NCBI RefSeq assembly: GCF_036321535.1
Contig: NC_087437.1
Location: 19,346,001 to 19,410,000 of the forward strand
Length of the DNA stretch: 64,000 nucleotides
Source of the DNA: Camelus dromedarius
Lineage: Eukaryota
Direction: 5' to 3'
The notes beneath the pieces are model-generated. The model was given only the letters and a program-made list of their open reading frames with translations, ran no database searches and was not told the origin of the DNA. Shown here in pieces: positions 25,801 to 38,518 of this stretch. A program made the position numbers and the translations under genes. Position 1 is the stretch's first letter. Each line of letters starts with the position of its first letter.

Positions 25801-28800
25801 AGACAGGATAGTTGAATGAATTCCACATACCCATCACCCAATTCTGACACTTATCAAGTCACAGCCAGGCTTATTTCATCTCTATCCCTTCTGCTCCTCC
25901 CCAATTATCTTGAAACAGCTCCCAGACAGTATGCTTTTTATCTATAAAGCTTTCGGTATGTATCTCTAAAAGATAAGAACTCTTAAAATACATGACCATA
26001 ATGCCATTATCACACCTAAAAACTTAGCAGTGTTTCTGGTAACATCATCAAATACTGTCAATGCACAAATTTCCCTAATTATCTCCTGTCCTTTCTTGTT
26101 TGCTTTGGTGTTTGTTTTTGCAGTTCATTTGTTTGAACTAGGATTCAAATAAAGGCTATTTGGTATGATTAGCTGATGTGTCTCCTGAGTCTCTTTTAGA
26201 CTGTAGGTTCCGTCTCTGTAAGCTGTTTTTGTTCCTTGTAATTCATTTGCTGGAGAAACCAGGTTGTTCTTCCTGCAGTTTCTCACAGTCTGGGTTTTGC
26301 AGATTGCATCCCTGAAATGCCCTGTAACATGTCCTTTTGCCCCTGCATTGCCTGTAAATATGTAGTTAGATCGGAGACTTGATCAGATTCAAAGCTGATT
26401 TTGTGGAGAGACCACTTCAAAGGTGGTGTGTGTAGGAAGCCCATAGGTCTGGTGGCCTCTCTCTTTTGTGTCCACTGCCAGGGTAGATAGTGCCCATGAC
26501 ACTTGCCACCAGGAATCAGAAGCTCTGTCATTGATGCCGCCCCAAAGCCAACCCCACTGCTGCCACGGTTTCCAAAGAATCTAATCTGCATTCTCCAACC
26601 TTCTTCACATAGTTCTTTTTCCAAATCTCCTCACTTGAGGGCATCTAGTTGAGGGAGTCCCCTCTCATACCTGGAGCCTGGGTGCAAGCAGGTTGGGAAA
26701 ACTAGCTCTTCCTTCTATTCATGCCTTGGAGAGATGGAATTCCTAACGAAGAAGGTTGCTTAAACATGGGAGAATTGTTAACAAGATGGCAGACAGCCAC
26801 AAATATGGCAAATGCTCCCTGGGGTGTCTAAACAATGGTAGGGCTGAGTGTTATGTGTTAGGAGTTCCAACGGGGTCTCCAATGGGGGCCCGCTGTGTGG
26901 GAGAAAGGGACCCATCGACCCAGACATCAAATTCATGAAGGGCCTTTCAACTTCTGACATTATCACCAAATGAAGTTACACGTGAAGGTCACAGAGGTAG
27001 TAAGGGAGTTCATTCTTCACCTTTAAAGCTGTGTATCATGATTGGACCAGACTGCCTCAGGCTCACCACGAATGCATTCACTTTACAAGTTCTGCAATGA
27101 TCTTTGAATTAGCATAACAGTACAACATTACATTGTAGTTTTGTCTGCTAAACTATTGGTTACATGCAACCATTTGAAGTAAACCACAACTTCTGTCATT
27201 CTGACCTGGTATTTCCCTATTAGGAGCATCTCAAAAAGGGGAAATGGCCAGGATCAGCCTTGAGAGGACCAGAACTCAAAGGAGCAGGGGTTATGGGCTC
27301 TGGAGGTGGGAAAAGACCCCAACCTTGTCTCTGAAGGATTGATAGGGTTTTTGTTATTGGAAGAGAAATGGGGTGGGGGGTGTAAGTGTCCTTCGCAGAG
27401 CAAATAAGTTCTCTCTTCCAGAGAGACAGCCATCCCTTTCCTTGTCCCACCTCTCTGAGATAAAAGCCATTCCTGTGATGTGGGTGATTAGTGGGTCCTC
27501 ACCACCTCTGTTGACCCAGCACTGTGGGTCCCTAGTTCAGGGTGGGATGTGGGGCTGGGGCTGAGTTGGTGAAGCCCCTGGGGACTCAGGTCTGCAGGTG
27601 GGGTGGGGTGGCTTGCGGTGGGGATTGCTCCTGTCAGTGTTGGCATGAATAAGGAACATTTCGCAGCATTAAGCGGAGTTGAATTGCAGTGCAGTGTTGA
27701 GCTGTTTAATTTGCACCTGAAAGGGACGGCCACACGGTCTCCTAATTAACTGAGACAGAGGTTATACATTAGGGCTTCCAGAGAGCTCCTTGGGGTTCAT
27801 GTGCAAAGATGTTCTTCTGGGAAGGTTTTGGAGGCAGCTCAGAGAATGACATTTCAGGGGCCTTAGGGGTTTAGGGCTAGAAGTCCACCCTCCTGGCAGC
27901 CCTGTGACGGAGGGTTGCCATGTCTGCATTGGAAACTCCGGGGGCCATAGCAGTAGCCTGTATGGGGGGCGGGGAGGAGGGTGGCAGACCTCCTGCGCTC
28001 TGGGGGGCCCTGCACTGGCCCCTCCCTCTGCCGCTGAGGCTTCTGGGGCTGCCTGCCCAGGAGACCCACCCCTGCTGACTTCTGTTAACCCCCTCCCTCC
28101 TGAGCTCTGCCTCCTCCTTCTCTTCCGTCACCTACACTACGTTGTCATGAAGTTATGTGGACTCTACCCCTGAAGTGACACTCAGATCTCTGTTTTGTTT
28201 TTTCTTAACCCATATAAAAAGTGGCTTGTTATATGCCAGGTACTGCTCAAATCTCCTTGTAAATAAAATATACATCTGCTCTGAGTTGCTAACATGCATT
28301 AGATCAATTTAATCCTCACAAGAAGTCTAGGAGGAACTGTTAGCGCCGATTTACAGATGAATAGACTGAGGCACAGAGAGGTTGACTTGCCTTAACCTCA
28401 CAGAGCTAGGAAGTAGCAGAAATGGGACTCGAACTGAGGCCATGTGACCAAAGCTTGGCCGCTCAGTCACTTCACCCCTCTGCCTTCTCGGCAAAGGCCT
28501 GTCATTGCCTGATGCCAGGCCTCAGCACAACCTGCCTGAGTTGCTACATGTGACAGTCCTAGTTTTTGAATATTTGAAGTCTTGTGATATAAATATATTA
28601 ATAATGTCTCACTTAGAATGTCTTTTGAAATACTGTAACCCTCCGGTTTGAAAAATGTGAGAAAAAAAAATCTCAAATTTTTCCAAGTTGCCAGCCAGGG
28701 AAGTGCGAGATGGGGTGACACTATGTCCACAGCCTTGGGGCATCAAGTGAGCTGGTAAATAGACAACCGTCCTCCCTTGTAGTTCTGTGGGCACCACAGT

Positions 28801-29487
28801 ATTGTTGCCATGCTTTGGAAATTCAGTGAGTGACTCCATTACTAGTGCCCTGTTATCAGTCATTGCTGTTAGAATTAAAAATCTTTTTATATCCCGTAAC
28901 AACAGCAGCCCAGTGTCAGTTAAGTGGTGGCAATGTTCCAAAAATGAAGCCCACATCAGTCGCCTTGGACTGGGGGTGAGAGGTGCTAAAATGCTCACAG
29001 AGGGCTGAACAAGCACCGCGACACATGCTGCTGCAGATTTAGGCGCAAGCCCTCTGCAAGCTATTGGAGACGGTACTGAGAACACGGAAAGCAGCGTTAA
29101 AGCCCAAAGCCTGTTTCTGTGGTTACAGACTTATGTACAATAAGAACCATCCCTCCTGCTTTACATGGACTGCTTTGGGAAGACTAACCTCACAGGAAGC
29201 AAATTTCAATTAAGTGTCACTGCCCTGGGCTAAACTTCAGCTGGTATTCCTTGCCTTTTCTCTTCTTACTATGGAGAGAATGATTGCCAGATTAGGTCTG
29301 TTGAAAGGCTGATCGTGCCACTCTCCTGCTCTAAAACCTCCTATGGCTCCCACTGCCCACTCAGATAGGTCCTGGTACTCAAGCTATTCAATCAGAGTGG
29401 GGCTGAGTCTCCTCAGAGGACCAGAGGCTTCCAAGGGTGGGGCCATAACCCCCATATCACACGCACACTCACATAGCAGGGCCACAT

Positions 29488-30014
29488 TGAGACAGGAGGG
29501 AAGAGGGCAAGGCATAGCCCTTAAAAGAATGACATAGTCATTGAGGATAGGATACATACTGATTAGAACCTACTAAGCCCAAGATGGCGGAAGATTCAAC
29601 TTCCAGTAGACCTTGGGTCTCATCATAGACTCATTGTGATACATTAGCATGCTAAATGACATACCCAAAGTTGCATGGCAGTTCTGAGGCTGGCCATAAA
29701 AGGCCAAAATGTGGATGGTGGCTCAATTCCTGGAAATCCCCACCCGTTCCCCAAAACAGTTGGAATAATCCCCCCACTTGCTAGCATCTGAAATTACCCA
29801 GTCCATAAAAACTAACCAGCCCCGCACTCCAGAGCTGCTCTCCCTTCTGAGACAGACTGAATTCTGTCCATGGGATGTGTATCTTTCTAAATAAACTTGC
29901 TTTCACTTTACTATGGCTGGCTCTTGAATTCTTTTTTGGTCAAAACCAAGGACCCTCATTTGGTGGGGCGTATCCTATGGACTCAGCTGAGATCCTCCCC
30001 ATTCTCCTGCAACA
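29488..30014 (+). mobile_element. ERV1 solo LTR (MER4/MER41-like) with perfect 4-bp TSD
   Basis: TG...CA ends; ACAT at 29484-29487 and 30015-30018; AATAAA at 29890-29895; YY1-type CAAGATGGCGG at 29580-29590. Confidence 0.85.
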
Positions 30015-30188
30015 ACATCAGTGAGACCCCCACCAGAACCTAACTATTGGGTGAGGCATTTATGTATTGGGAGTCTGATGGGGTCTCCATGCCTGGGATG
30101 GGAGGGGAAATGCCTGGATGCCCAACAGGTGTGGTGCTTGCTCAGTGCCTGGCACATAATAGGACCTCATTAAACATTTGCGTAATGA

Positions 30189-31277
30189 CAGCAAAGGAAA
30201 TCATAAGCAAACAAAACCACAACCTATGGAATGGGAGAAATTATTTGCAAATGATGTGACTGACAAAGGTTTAATTTTCAGAATATACAAACAGCTCATA
30301 CAACTTAATAACAAAAAGCAAATAACCCAATCCAAAAATGGGAAGAAGACCTAAACAAGCAATTCTCCAACAAAGACATACAAACGGCCAATAGGCACAT
30401 GAAAAAAATGCTCAATTTTGCTAATTATCAGAGAAATGCAAATCAAAACTACAATGAGGTATCACCTCATACCAGTCAGAATAGTCATCATTCAAAAGTC
30501 CACAAATGATAAATGCTGGAGAGGGTATGGAGAAAAGGGAACCCTCCTACACTGTTGGTGGGAATATAGTTAGTTTGGTGCAGCCATTATGGAGGACAGT
30601 ATGGAGATTCCTCAAAAAACTAAAAATAGACTTACCATCCAGCAATCTCACTCCTGGGCATTTATCTAGAGGAAACTCTAATTTGGAAAGATACATGCAC
30701 CCCAATGTTCACAGCAGCAATATACACAATAGCCAAGTCATGGAAGCAACCTAAATGTCCATTGACAGATGACTGGTAAAGAAGTTTTAGTATATTTACA
30801 CAATGGAATACTACTCAGCCATAAAAAAGAATAAAATAATGCCATTTGCAACAACATGGATGGATCTAGAGATTGTCATTCTAAGTCAAGTAAGCCAGAA
30901 AGAAAAGAAAAACACCATATGATATCACTCATATGTGGAATCTAGAAAAAGAAAAAAGAAGACACTAATGAACTCATACACAAAACAACAGAAACAGACT
31001 CATAGACATAGTAAACAAACTTATGGTTCCTGGGGGAAAAGGGGGTCGGAAGGGATAAATTGGGAGTTTGAGATTTGCAAATATTAACTACTGTATACAA
31101 AACAGATAAACAACAAGTTACTTCTGTATAGCGCAGGAAACTACATTCAGTATCTTGTAGAAACCTATAATGAAAAAGAATATGAAGACAAATATGTAAA
31201 TATGTATGACTGAAACATTATGCTGTATACTAGAAATGGACACATTGTAAACTGACTATACTTCAATTAACAAAACA
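30189..31277 (+). mobile_element. 5'-truncated L1 (ORF2 end + 3'UTR) with TSD
   Basis: L1 ORF2 C-terminal sequence. TSD AAACATTTGCGTAATGA (~30172-30188) / AAACATTTGTGTGATGA (~31278-31294). Confidence 0.9.
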
Positions 31278-31465
31278 AAACATTTGTGTGATGAATGGAT
31301 GGTCTTTACAAGAATCTTTGCCTTTGAGTTCTCTGCCCTCAGGGACAAAGACCCCTAAAGGGGTCTCCAGGATCTTAGATGATTCTGGGTTCTCATTTCT
31401 TTGGTCTAGGCTAAGAAAATGATCTCGGTAATCAAAAACATTAAATTTTCTTACCTTTGTCTAGG

Positions 31466-31682
31466 CAAGGTTTCTCAACTTTGTCACTGTTGACATCTTG
31501 GGGTGGATAATCTTTGTTGTGGGAGTTGTCCTAGGCATTGAAGGAAACTTAGCAGCGTTCTTGACCTCTACCCAACTAGGTGCCAGGAGAGACCCCCTCT
31601 CCCAAGTTGTGAAATCAAAGATGTCTCCAGACATTGCCAAATGCCCCTGGGTAGGGGCTGGATTACCAAGTTAGAAACACTG
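31466..31682. mobile_element. MER20 hAT-Charlie MITE
   Basis: 'gtttctcaac...gatgtctccagacattgccaaatgcccc'; same family as 60670-60882. Confidence 0.8.
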
Positions 31683-31690
31683 GTGTAGGG

Positions 31691-32494
31691 CAGTGACTCT
31701 CAGCTCCAGTGGCATCCTAGAATCACCTGAGGGGCTTGAAAAAAAAAACTGATGCCCAGGTCCCACCTTGAGATCTTCTGATGTGATTGGTCCTGGGAAG
31801 TGGCCTGGGTACAGGAAATTTGAAAAGTTTGCCAGGTGTATATATCCAGAGGGAACCCTAATTCGAAAAGACACCTGCACCCCAATGTTCACAGCAGCAC
31901 TATTTACAATAGCCAAGACATGGAAGCAACCTAAGTGTCTTTTGATGAATGACTGAATAAAGAAGCTGTGATATATTTATATAACGGAATACTACTTGGC
32001 CATAAAAAATAAAATGCCACTTGCAGCAACATGGTTGGACTTGGAGATTGTCATTCTAAGTGAAGTAAGCCAGAGAGAGTAAGAAAAATACCATATGGTA
32101 TCAGTTATATGAGGAAACTAAAAAAAAGACACAAATGAACTTATTTACAAAACAGAAACAGACCCACAGACATAGAAAACAAACTTATGATTACCAAGGG
32201 GGAAAGGTGAGGGGGAAGGGATAAATTGGGAGCCCAAGATTTGCAGATACTAACTACTATCTATAAAATAGATAAACAACAAGTTTTACTGTACAGCACA
32301 GGGAACTATATTCAATATCTTGTAGTACCCTATAATGAAAAATATGAAAGTAAATAAGTGTATGTATATGTATGATTGAAACATTGTGCAGAAATTGACA
32401 CACATTGTGAAGTGACTACATGTCAATTTAAAAAAATGGGGAAAAAAAGTTCCCCAGGTGGTTTTAAGGTTTAGCCAAGTCTGAGAGCACCTGT
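31691..32494. mobile_element. MER5-type MITE split by an L1 insertion (L1 + strand 31839-32444)
   Basis: MER5-like halves on both sides. TSD AAAAGTTTGCCAGGTG (31823-31838) / AAAAGTTCCCCAGGTG (32445-32460). Confidence 0.8.
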
Positions 32495-33427
32495 CTAGCA
32501 CTGGGCAGTCACAAGCTTTATATGCACGGCAAGGTCCACGACCCACCTGTGCAGGAAGGGAGGGAGATTATTACTGTGGGTTTCTGACCAGAGCAGTGAG
32601 GTCCAGGCAGGTGTGGTGGCCCGGCGAGTGGTGGTTGTGGAATTCCAAGTCAGCTCATCTGACTCCTAACCCAGTGCTCCTGACAAGGGGGTCCTCGACG
32701 AGAGTCTTCTCTTTCCCAGTGGTTCTCCCTACCCATGGTCTCCCACCTCTTCACTCACCCTTTCTTCCCTGTTTCTTTATGCAAAAGCATTGCTAGCCAT
32801 CATTTACACTTTAGTGCGAACATGAGGCTGCTTTCCCTCTTCCAGGGGGATTGGCAAGTTATGTCTCATCTATGCAGTAGAGAGGAAGGCTAAATCTATA
32901 AATGGGGTGGGGATGGTTTGGGGGCAGTGAGGAATGTGTTTATGACACCTCTGAAATCAAATCCAATTGATCATTGTCTTTGATTAAGGTTCACCTATAA
33001 GCTTTGAGCTTAAAATTCTATTTAGTTCCATTTCATTGACAATTTTAGGAGCATCTCCTGTATGCATGTAAGTGCAGTCATGAAGTCACTGTTGGCTGGA
33101 TCTCATTAACAAGGCTCTAAGTTCCCAGGGTGGAGGGCAACCTGGCCTACTTCTCCGGTACTCACTACACCTTGGCCCTGACCGGACATGTGACATGGTA
33201 TGAACTTTATACATGGACCATTAAATGGCAGGCCATACATCCCAGACCCAAGCCTGTGACCTGGGGGGAGATCACACAGGTGCAATGTCAGGGCTAAAGC
33301 TGCAGGCCTTTGGCTGAATTTCCTCCTTCTGCTCAGGAGAAGTCAGCATCAGAAGCCTTCAGAGAAAATGTGAGCACAGTCGGGTTTTGAAGCTTCTCTG
33401 AAACAGACATTGAGGGTAGAAACCACT

Positions 33428-33433
33428 TTTATT
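33428..33433 (-). terminator. RBP1: RBP1 polyadenylation signal AATAAA
   Basis: TTTATT on the + strand, ~170 nt downstream of the RBP1 stop codon. Confidence 0.85.
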
Positions 33434-33600
33434 AGGATGGTTTCGTTTGAAGAAAAGGAAAGGATAACGTCAAGAGATAGACTCTGCTAAGAGATGTCAA
33501 GTTGGGGGCTGGACCTCTCTGCCCCATGTTGTGCAGAGAGGGGGACCCCGGCCCCCGCGTCCTCGCCACTCATTCCTCAAGACTCAGGTCTGCTCAGGCT

Positions 33601-33654
33601 TCAGTTCACCTTTTTGAATACTTGCTTGCAGACCACACCCTCCACTCTCATTTC
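33601..33654 (-). CDS. RBP1: RBP1 coding exon 4 (EMRVEGVVCKQVFKKVN*)
   Basis: Acceptor TTTCAG|GAA at 33655; TGA stop at 33603-33601; 54 nt. Confidence 0.97.
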   Translation of the reverse strand, partial: EMRVEGVVCKQVFKKVN

Positions 33655-35009
33655 CTGAAACAAAAACAGATTCTTGTCATTGGCCAAAGCAAGGTCACAC
33701 CTGGGGCTCAGGGCATCCAGGGGCAGGAACCCAGAAAATCCTCCATGATTGCTATTTTTACTTCCAAGAGTTGGTCTGAATTCACCAGTTCCTTGGAGGG
33801 TCAAGTGAACTGAATCAGTGGCCCTCAGGTTCTGCTACGCCCTGTAGACAGAGCTGGCCGGGCGACCGATGTGGCTCAGAGCTAACCAACAGGACCCTCT
33901 GGTGTCTCCCTCCCCCTGCTACCCTCAAGGAGCCAGAAAGCTTTAAGACTGTCAGGCCTGAGCCCAGGTCAGGGTCTGCATACAGGCTTGGAAGAAATCA
34001 GGGCTAGACCCAAGGCTCAACCCGCAAAGGGCTCAGTGGGTCACTGCAGACCAGGGCTGCAAACTAGCGCAGTGGTTCCAAGCTGCAGTTGCCCATTGGT
34101 GTTACTTGGGGAGTTTGAAAAATGCCTGGGTCCCGGGCTACATCAGTTACATCAGTATCTCAGAGGGTGGAGTCCTGGAGCTGCTATTATTAAAAGCTCC
34201 CAGGTAGACCTAAAACGCAGCTGAGAAAGCCCACGACCTGCCTTCGGGGCCGCCCCTGCTGAGCGCTGCCAGCGGGACCGACAGCTCAGACTCACCACAC
34301 CTTCTGAGCTTTTTCTTTTCTTGAGGGAGGCTGCAAATCTGAATATTTGTGATCTCCTAATTTTTAAATTGTTGGCTGAAAAATATGGAAGCCCCTGGAT
34401 GGCCAAATAAAAGAGGCCCCCAGTTTGCAACCTCTGGCGTAGAGCCTCAGAATCCTGGAGCTGAAAGGGCCAAAGGAGCTCACGTAACCTGCCCTCACTG
34501 CTCTGCAGCTGAGGAAGTGAAGGCCCAGGAAGGAGGCTGCTTCAGGGTCAGGCACTGCAGCCCCGGCTCTGCATACGCCTAGGCTGCTTCCGAATGTGGA
34601 GCCCTTGTGCCTTTTCTTGGCACTCACAGGTCCTGAAGCTTGTGCAGACCCTGACCTCTGCAGAAGCCCTGTGTGGCAGGATGGCATCTTGTAGGCGAGC
34701 TGGAGGGAAGGAAGGTACCTGCTGACATGAACCTGGAGAGTCAGAACCAGAACCCAGGTCATCTGGACTGGGCTCCCTTCTCAGAAGGAAGCTCCAAGGA
34801 AGCAGAAGGAGTGATGGGGGGGTCTCCTCTCAGAGGGCACGAGTTACTTTAGCCCTAAGTTCTCTATTCTGGATTTGTGTGTGCTCTTCCCACACAGTGG
34901 GTGGAGTGCAAGTGGCTTTGACCAGAGGTCTCAGGCTGGAGGACAGGTGAGCGGGGCCCACAGCTGACCTAAGAAAGGCTTCTCCTCCCTGGCCCTTGAT
35001 TGTTGAGAC

Positions 35010-35604
35010 TGTAAGCGGATAGGGTAGGGGGTCTCCAGAGAAAGAGAACCAGGTGTGGCTTTCTTGACATAAGAGAAGCCATTTGGGGCCTCAGCCATTC
35101 TGTGATCTAAGCCTGGCCACCACCCTGGCCCTAGAACAGGCCTCAGTAACTAATGCTCTTAGGGGCAGTGTGGGAAGGCAGGAACCAAGGAAAAGCAGTC
35201 AAGAAACAATAGTTCAGTGATAAAACAGAGTCCCAGTCCCGCCTCAGGGGATGAACGTAACAGTCAGATACAGTCTTTGAGTTCTGCAGGAACTAAGGCC
35301 CCCACCCAGGTGAGGACGGAATGATGGTACTGACATTTCTGACCCTCTGACTTGGACTCCGTCAACCTTTGCCCCAGTTCTATGCAGAATTCTCCTCTGC
35401 TTAAGCCCCTTCATGAATATGCACGTGCCCTTAGCTTAAAAAACTTCTCCAGTTTTGCTCTTAGGGGAGAAAGTGCTTTGGGAAAGACCCCCAGTGTTCT
35501 CCTTACTTGCTGCAAGTAATGACCCTTCCTCCTCCCGCTCTTTGGCGTGGCTGTGTCTTTTGGCTCGACACCCATCAAGAGGCGAATCCGGTTTTCGGGG
35601 AACA
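35010..35604 (+). mobile_element. ERV1-type solo LTR in RBP1 intron 3 (probably antisense to RBP1)
   Basis: TGTAAG...GGAACA ends; near-TSD AGAC (35006-35009) / AGAT (35605-35608); LTR-like U3/U5 composition. Confidence 0.7.
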
Positions 35605-36082
35605 AGATCATGTCTTGAGAAGCTTAGAGAACTCTCCCTGGTTCTGGCTTGCCACAATTAGGTGTGGTGAAAATACATATCATTTGAGAGCAAATCTTCC
35701 TTCTGCTGTTTTCTAGCTATGTGGCTTGGATGTGAGCCTCCATGTCCACGTTGCCAAAATAAGAACATGACAGCACCTGGCCCATAGGGCTGCTGAAACC
35801 ATAGAAAGAGATATGGGATGCCAAAGGGCTTGGCGCCCCATCTCAGGCTTAGCAGACGCACCGTCTCACCTCCTCCCTCTGATTGGACAATGGGTCAGCC
35901 TAGACCTTGAAAACATGTTGCTTGGTTTTTAAAGGCATCTTCTCCAGGGCCTTGGAAGAGAAACTTCAGGGCAAAACCAAAGCCCAGCCATAGGGAATTC
36001 TTCTAAGGTCCATATGGACCCCAACATGACCAGGGACTCTGGGGACCAGCTTGGCCCACGCCCCCCCACTCCTGGAACCTAC

Positions 36083-36184
36083 CAGGTGCAGTTCATCACC
36101 CTCAATCCACTGGGTCCAGCCACGTCCCTCCTTCTCGCCCTTCTGCACACACTCGAGCTTGTCCCCGTCCCAGCTCACCGTGGT
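36083..36184 (-). CDS. RBP1: RBP1 coding exon 3 (TTVSWDGDK...DELHL)
   Basis: Acceptor TGTCAG|ACC at 36185; donor CTG|GTAGG at 36082; 102 nt. Confidence 0.98.
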
Positions 36185-37906
36185 CTGACAAGCCAAAAAA
36201 CACAGTGGTCAGTCTGGAGCCAGCAGATCCTGGGGGCTGGGGGAGGGGCAGCCCCAACCTTGAGGATCTTGGGGGGGGGGGTGCAAGTCAATCTCATTAT
36301 AGAAAATTTGCAGCCTCATACTTCTTGACCATCACGTGTTCTTATTTAAGCATGCAAATCAGTTTTGAAATTTACAAAAACCTTCATAAATTTCATTTAA
36401 ATTGGTAATTAGAGAGGAAAAGTCACTGGGGTGGGGCTGTCAGTACAAGGGCAGAGAACAGGGCTGGGAAGGGAGTGGGGGCTTCTGAGGGTTGAGCCCC
36501 TCAGATGTGGGGGCGTGTGAGGGTTGCTGGCCTGCATCTTGGTAGTGAGGCAGACTTTTCAGAGTTGCTGAGCCCATCCCCAGACATTCATTCATTCATT
36601 TCTTTCATTCATTCACTGTTTCAACCTCTGCAGTCCTGGAATGCTAAAAATATCCCGTGCCTTCCCTCACAGAGCTTTTTACTGCACGGAGAATGACCTT
36701 AGATATAAATCACCAACTGTAAGTACAAACAGTAGCTCTTCCAGGCACCTTGTGCCGACTGAATCCTAATGACTGTCCATGTGGAACGTGGGTTAGCATC
36801 TCTGTTCTACAGGTCAGGCTAAGCGACTTGCCAAGCTCACCCAGGTGTCAGTGGTGGAGCCAGGTCAGAACACGAATCTGTGGGACTCTAAGTCCCCCTC
36901 TCCACTGGACTACACTGCCTCCCTAGGTGCCCAGTGTCACCAGAGTTACGGACAGGAGCTCATGATCTAGACAGGGACCTGAGTGCAGGTGCAGTGGGCA
37001 TCTCCCATATCTGCAGCTACCCACCTCCCTTCCACATGGGGCAGTTCCATTATGAGCCCTGCCTCCCTCTGTAGTGGTAAGAATGCCATTTGCCCCTTGT
37101 TCGCTATGAGACTCTGAGCAAGTTCATCCCTCCTCTGGGCCCCAGTCTCTTTCCTGGGCTTGCTGGTCTCTACCACCCTCTGCTGTTGGGATGAAGCCTG
37201 AAATGAGATGGGGGCACAGAGGTGACAGGTGGAGCCAGTGTTCCCCCAGCTTTGCATAGGAATCAATCCACCCTCTGCCCTTGGAGCCTGTTCCCAGAGG
37301 GAGAGAGGGCCAGGACGACTTGGGGTGAAGGCGGCTCCTCTCCCTGGCCCAGAGATCACTTGAGGCACATGTCCAGCCCCAAACCAGAGAGAAGACCCCG
37401 TCTCTGAGTCCAAGCAGAATGACGTTAATATCTGATGAGGTGTGTCATGGGTAAAGACCACTAATGACCTCACGCCACAAGACAAGATGCCCATTCACTG
37501 GGTGCCTTGTCTACGCCAGGCCTGTGAAGGGAAATGCGGACTGAGAGTTCAGATGGTCCTCAACTTCGAGGAGCTCATCAGAACACTTGGCTTCCTCATC
37601 AATGGAACTTCTCCTCCTGTATTTATCCAGAACTCTACCTGAGGGCTCCCCACTCAATTAGAGGCCAAGAAAGAATCATTGGTTCTCAGGTACGATGTAC
37701 ACATTTCTACCTCTGCCGGAAATATTAGAGTCAATGAGGACATCCATACCCTTGTCCTGGAAAATGCAAGAAATCTTTGAAAAGAACATAGTAGTGAAAA
37801 GAATACCTGTAATTTTGCTTCTACAGAGATAATTATTCTAGCATTTTGGTGTATTTCTGTCCAGTCTTTATATCTATATCTACATTTATATATGTATTTC
37901 TTTCTT

Positions 37907-37956
<50 letters not shown>
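37907..37956 (+). repeat. (TCTA)12 tetranucleotide microsatellite
   Basis: Perfect run of 12.5 TCTA units. Confidence 0.95.
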
Positions 37957-37958
<2 letters not shown>

Positions 37959-38180
37959 ACAAGGGGAGGCAGGGCTCATAACGGAACTGCCCCATGTGGA
38001 AGGGAGGTGGGTAATTGCAGATATATATAAATATAAATATATATATATATATTTCTGTTTTTAAAAAATCAGGATTGCATCATTTATGGTTTTGTACCCT
38101 ACTTTCTTCATTTAATAGAAGCAATTTTCCACTTCAACAAATATTCTTCATAAGCATTATTTTAATTGTTACACAATATT

Positions 38181-38518
38181 TAGGAAATGGCTACAAAATT
38201 TGTGGGGCCTAGCACAAAATGAAAATGAGGGCTCCTTTCAAAAAAGATTAGGAATTTTGTTTGTTTGGGGGGGGAAGTAATTAGGTTTATTTATTTATGT
38301 ATTTATGTATTTATTTATCTAAATGGAGGGACTGAGGATTGAACCCAGGACCTTGTACATGCTAAGCGTGCACTCTACCACTGGGCTATACCCTCCCCCG
38401 CAAAAAATGATTAGGAATTTTAAGACAGTGACAGCAGAGCATTAAACCAAGTGAGGGGCCCCTCTGGGTACAGCCCCTGTGGGGCTGCTCTGCTCACAGG
38501 CCCATGAAGCGGGTCCCA
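38181..38518 (-). mobile_element. MER45A-like hAT-Tip100 MITE interrupted by a tRNA-SINE (~38259-38400)
   Basis: Reverse complement reads '...cttggtttaatgctctgctgtc...cattttcattttgtgctaggccccacaaattttgtagcc'. The SINE is flanked by duplicated GATTAGGAATTTT. Confidence 0.75.
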
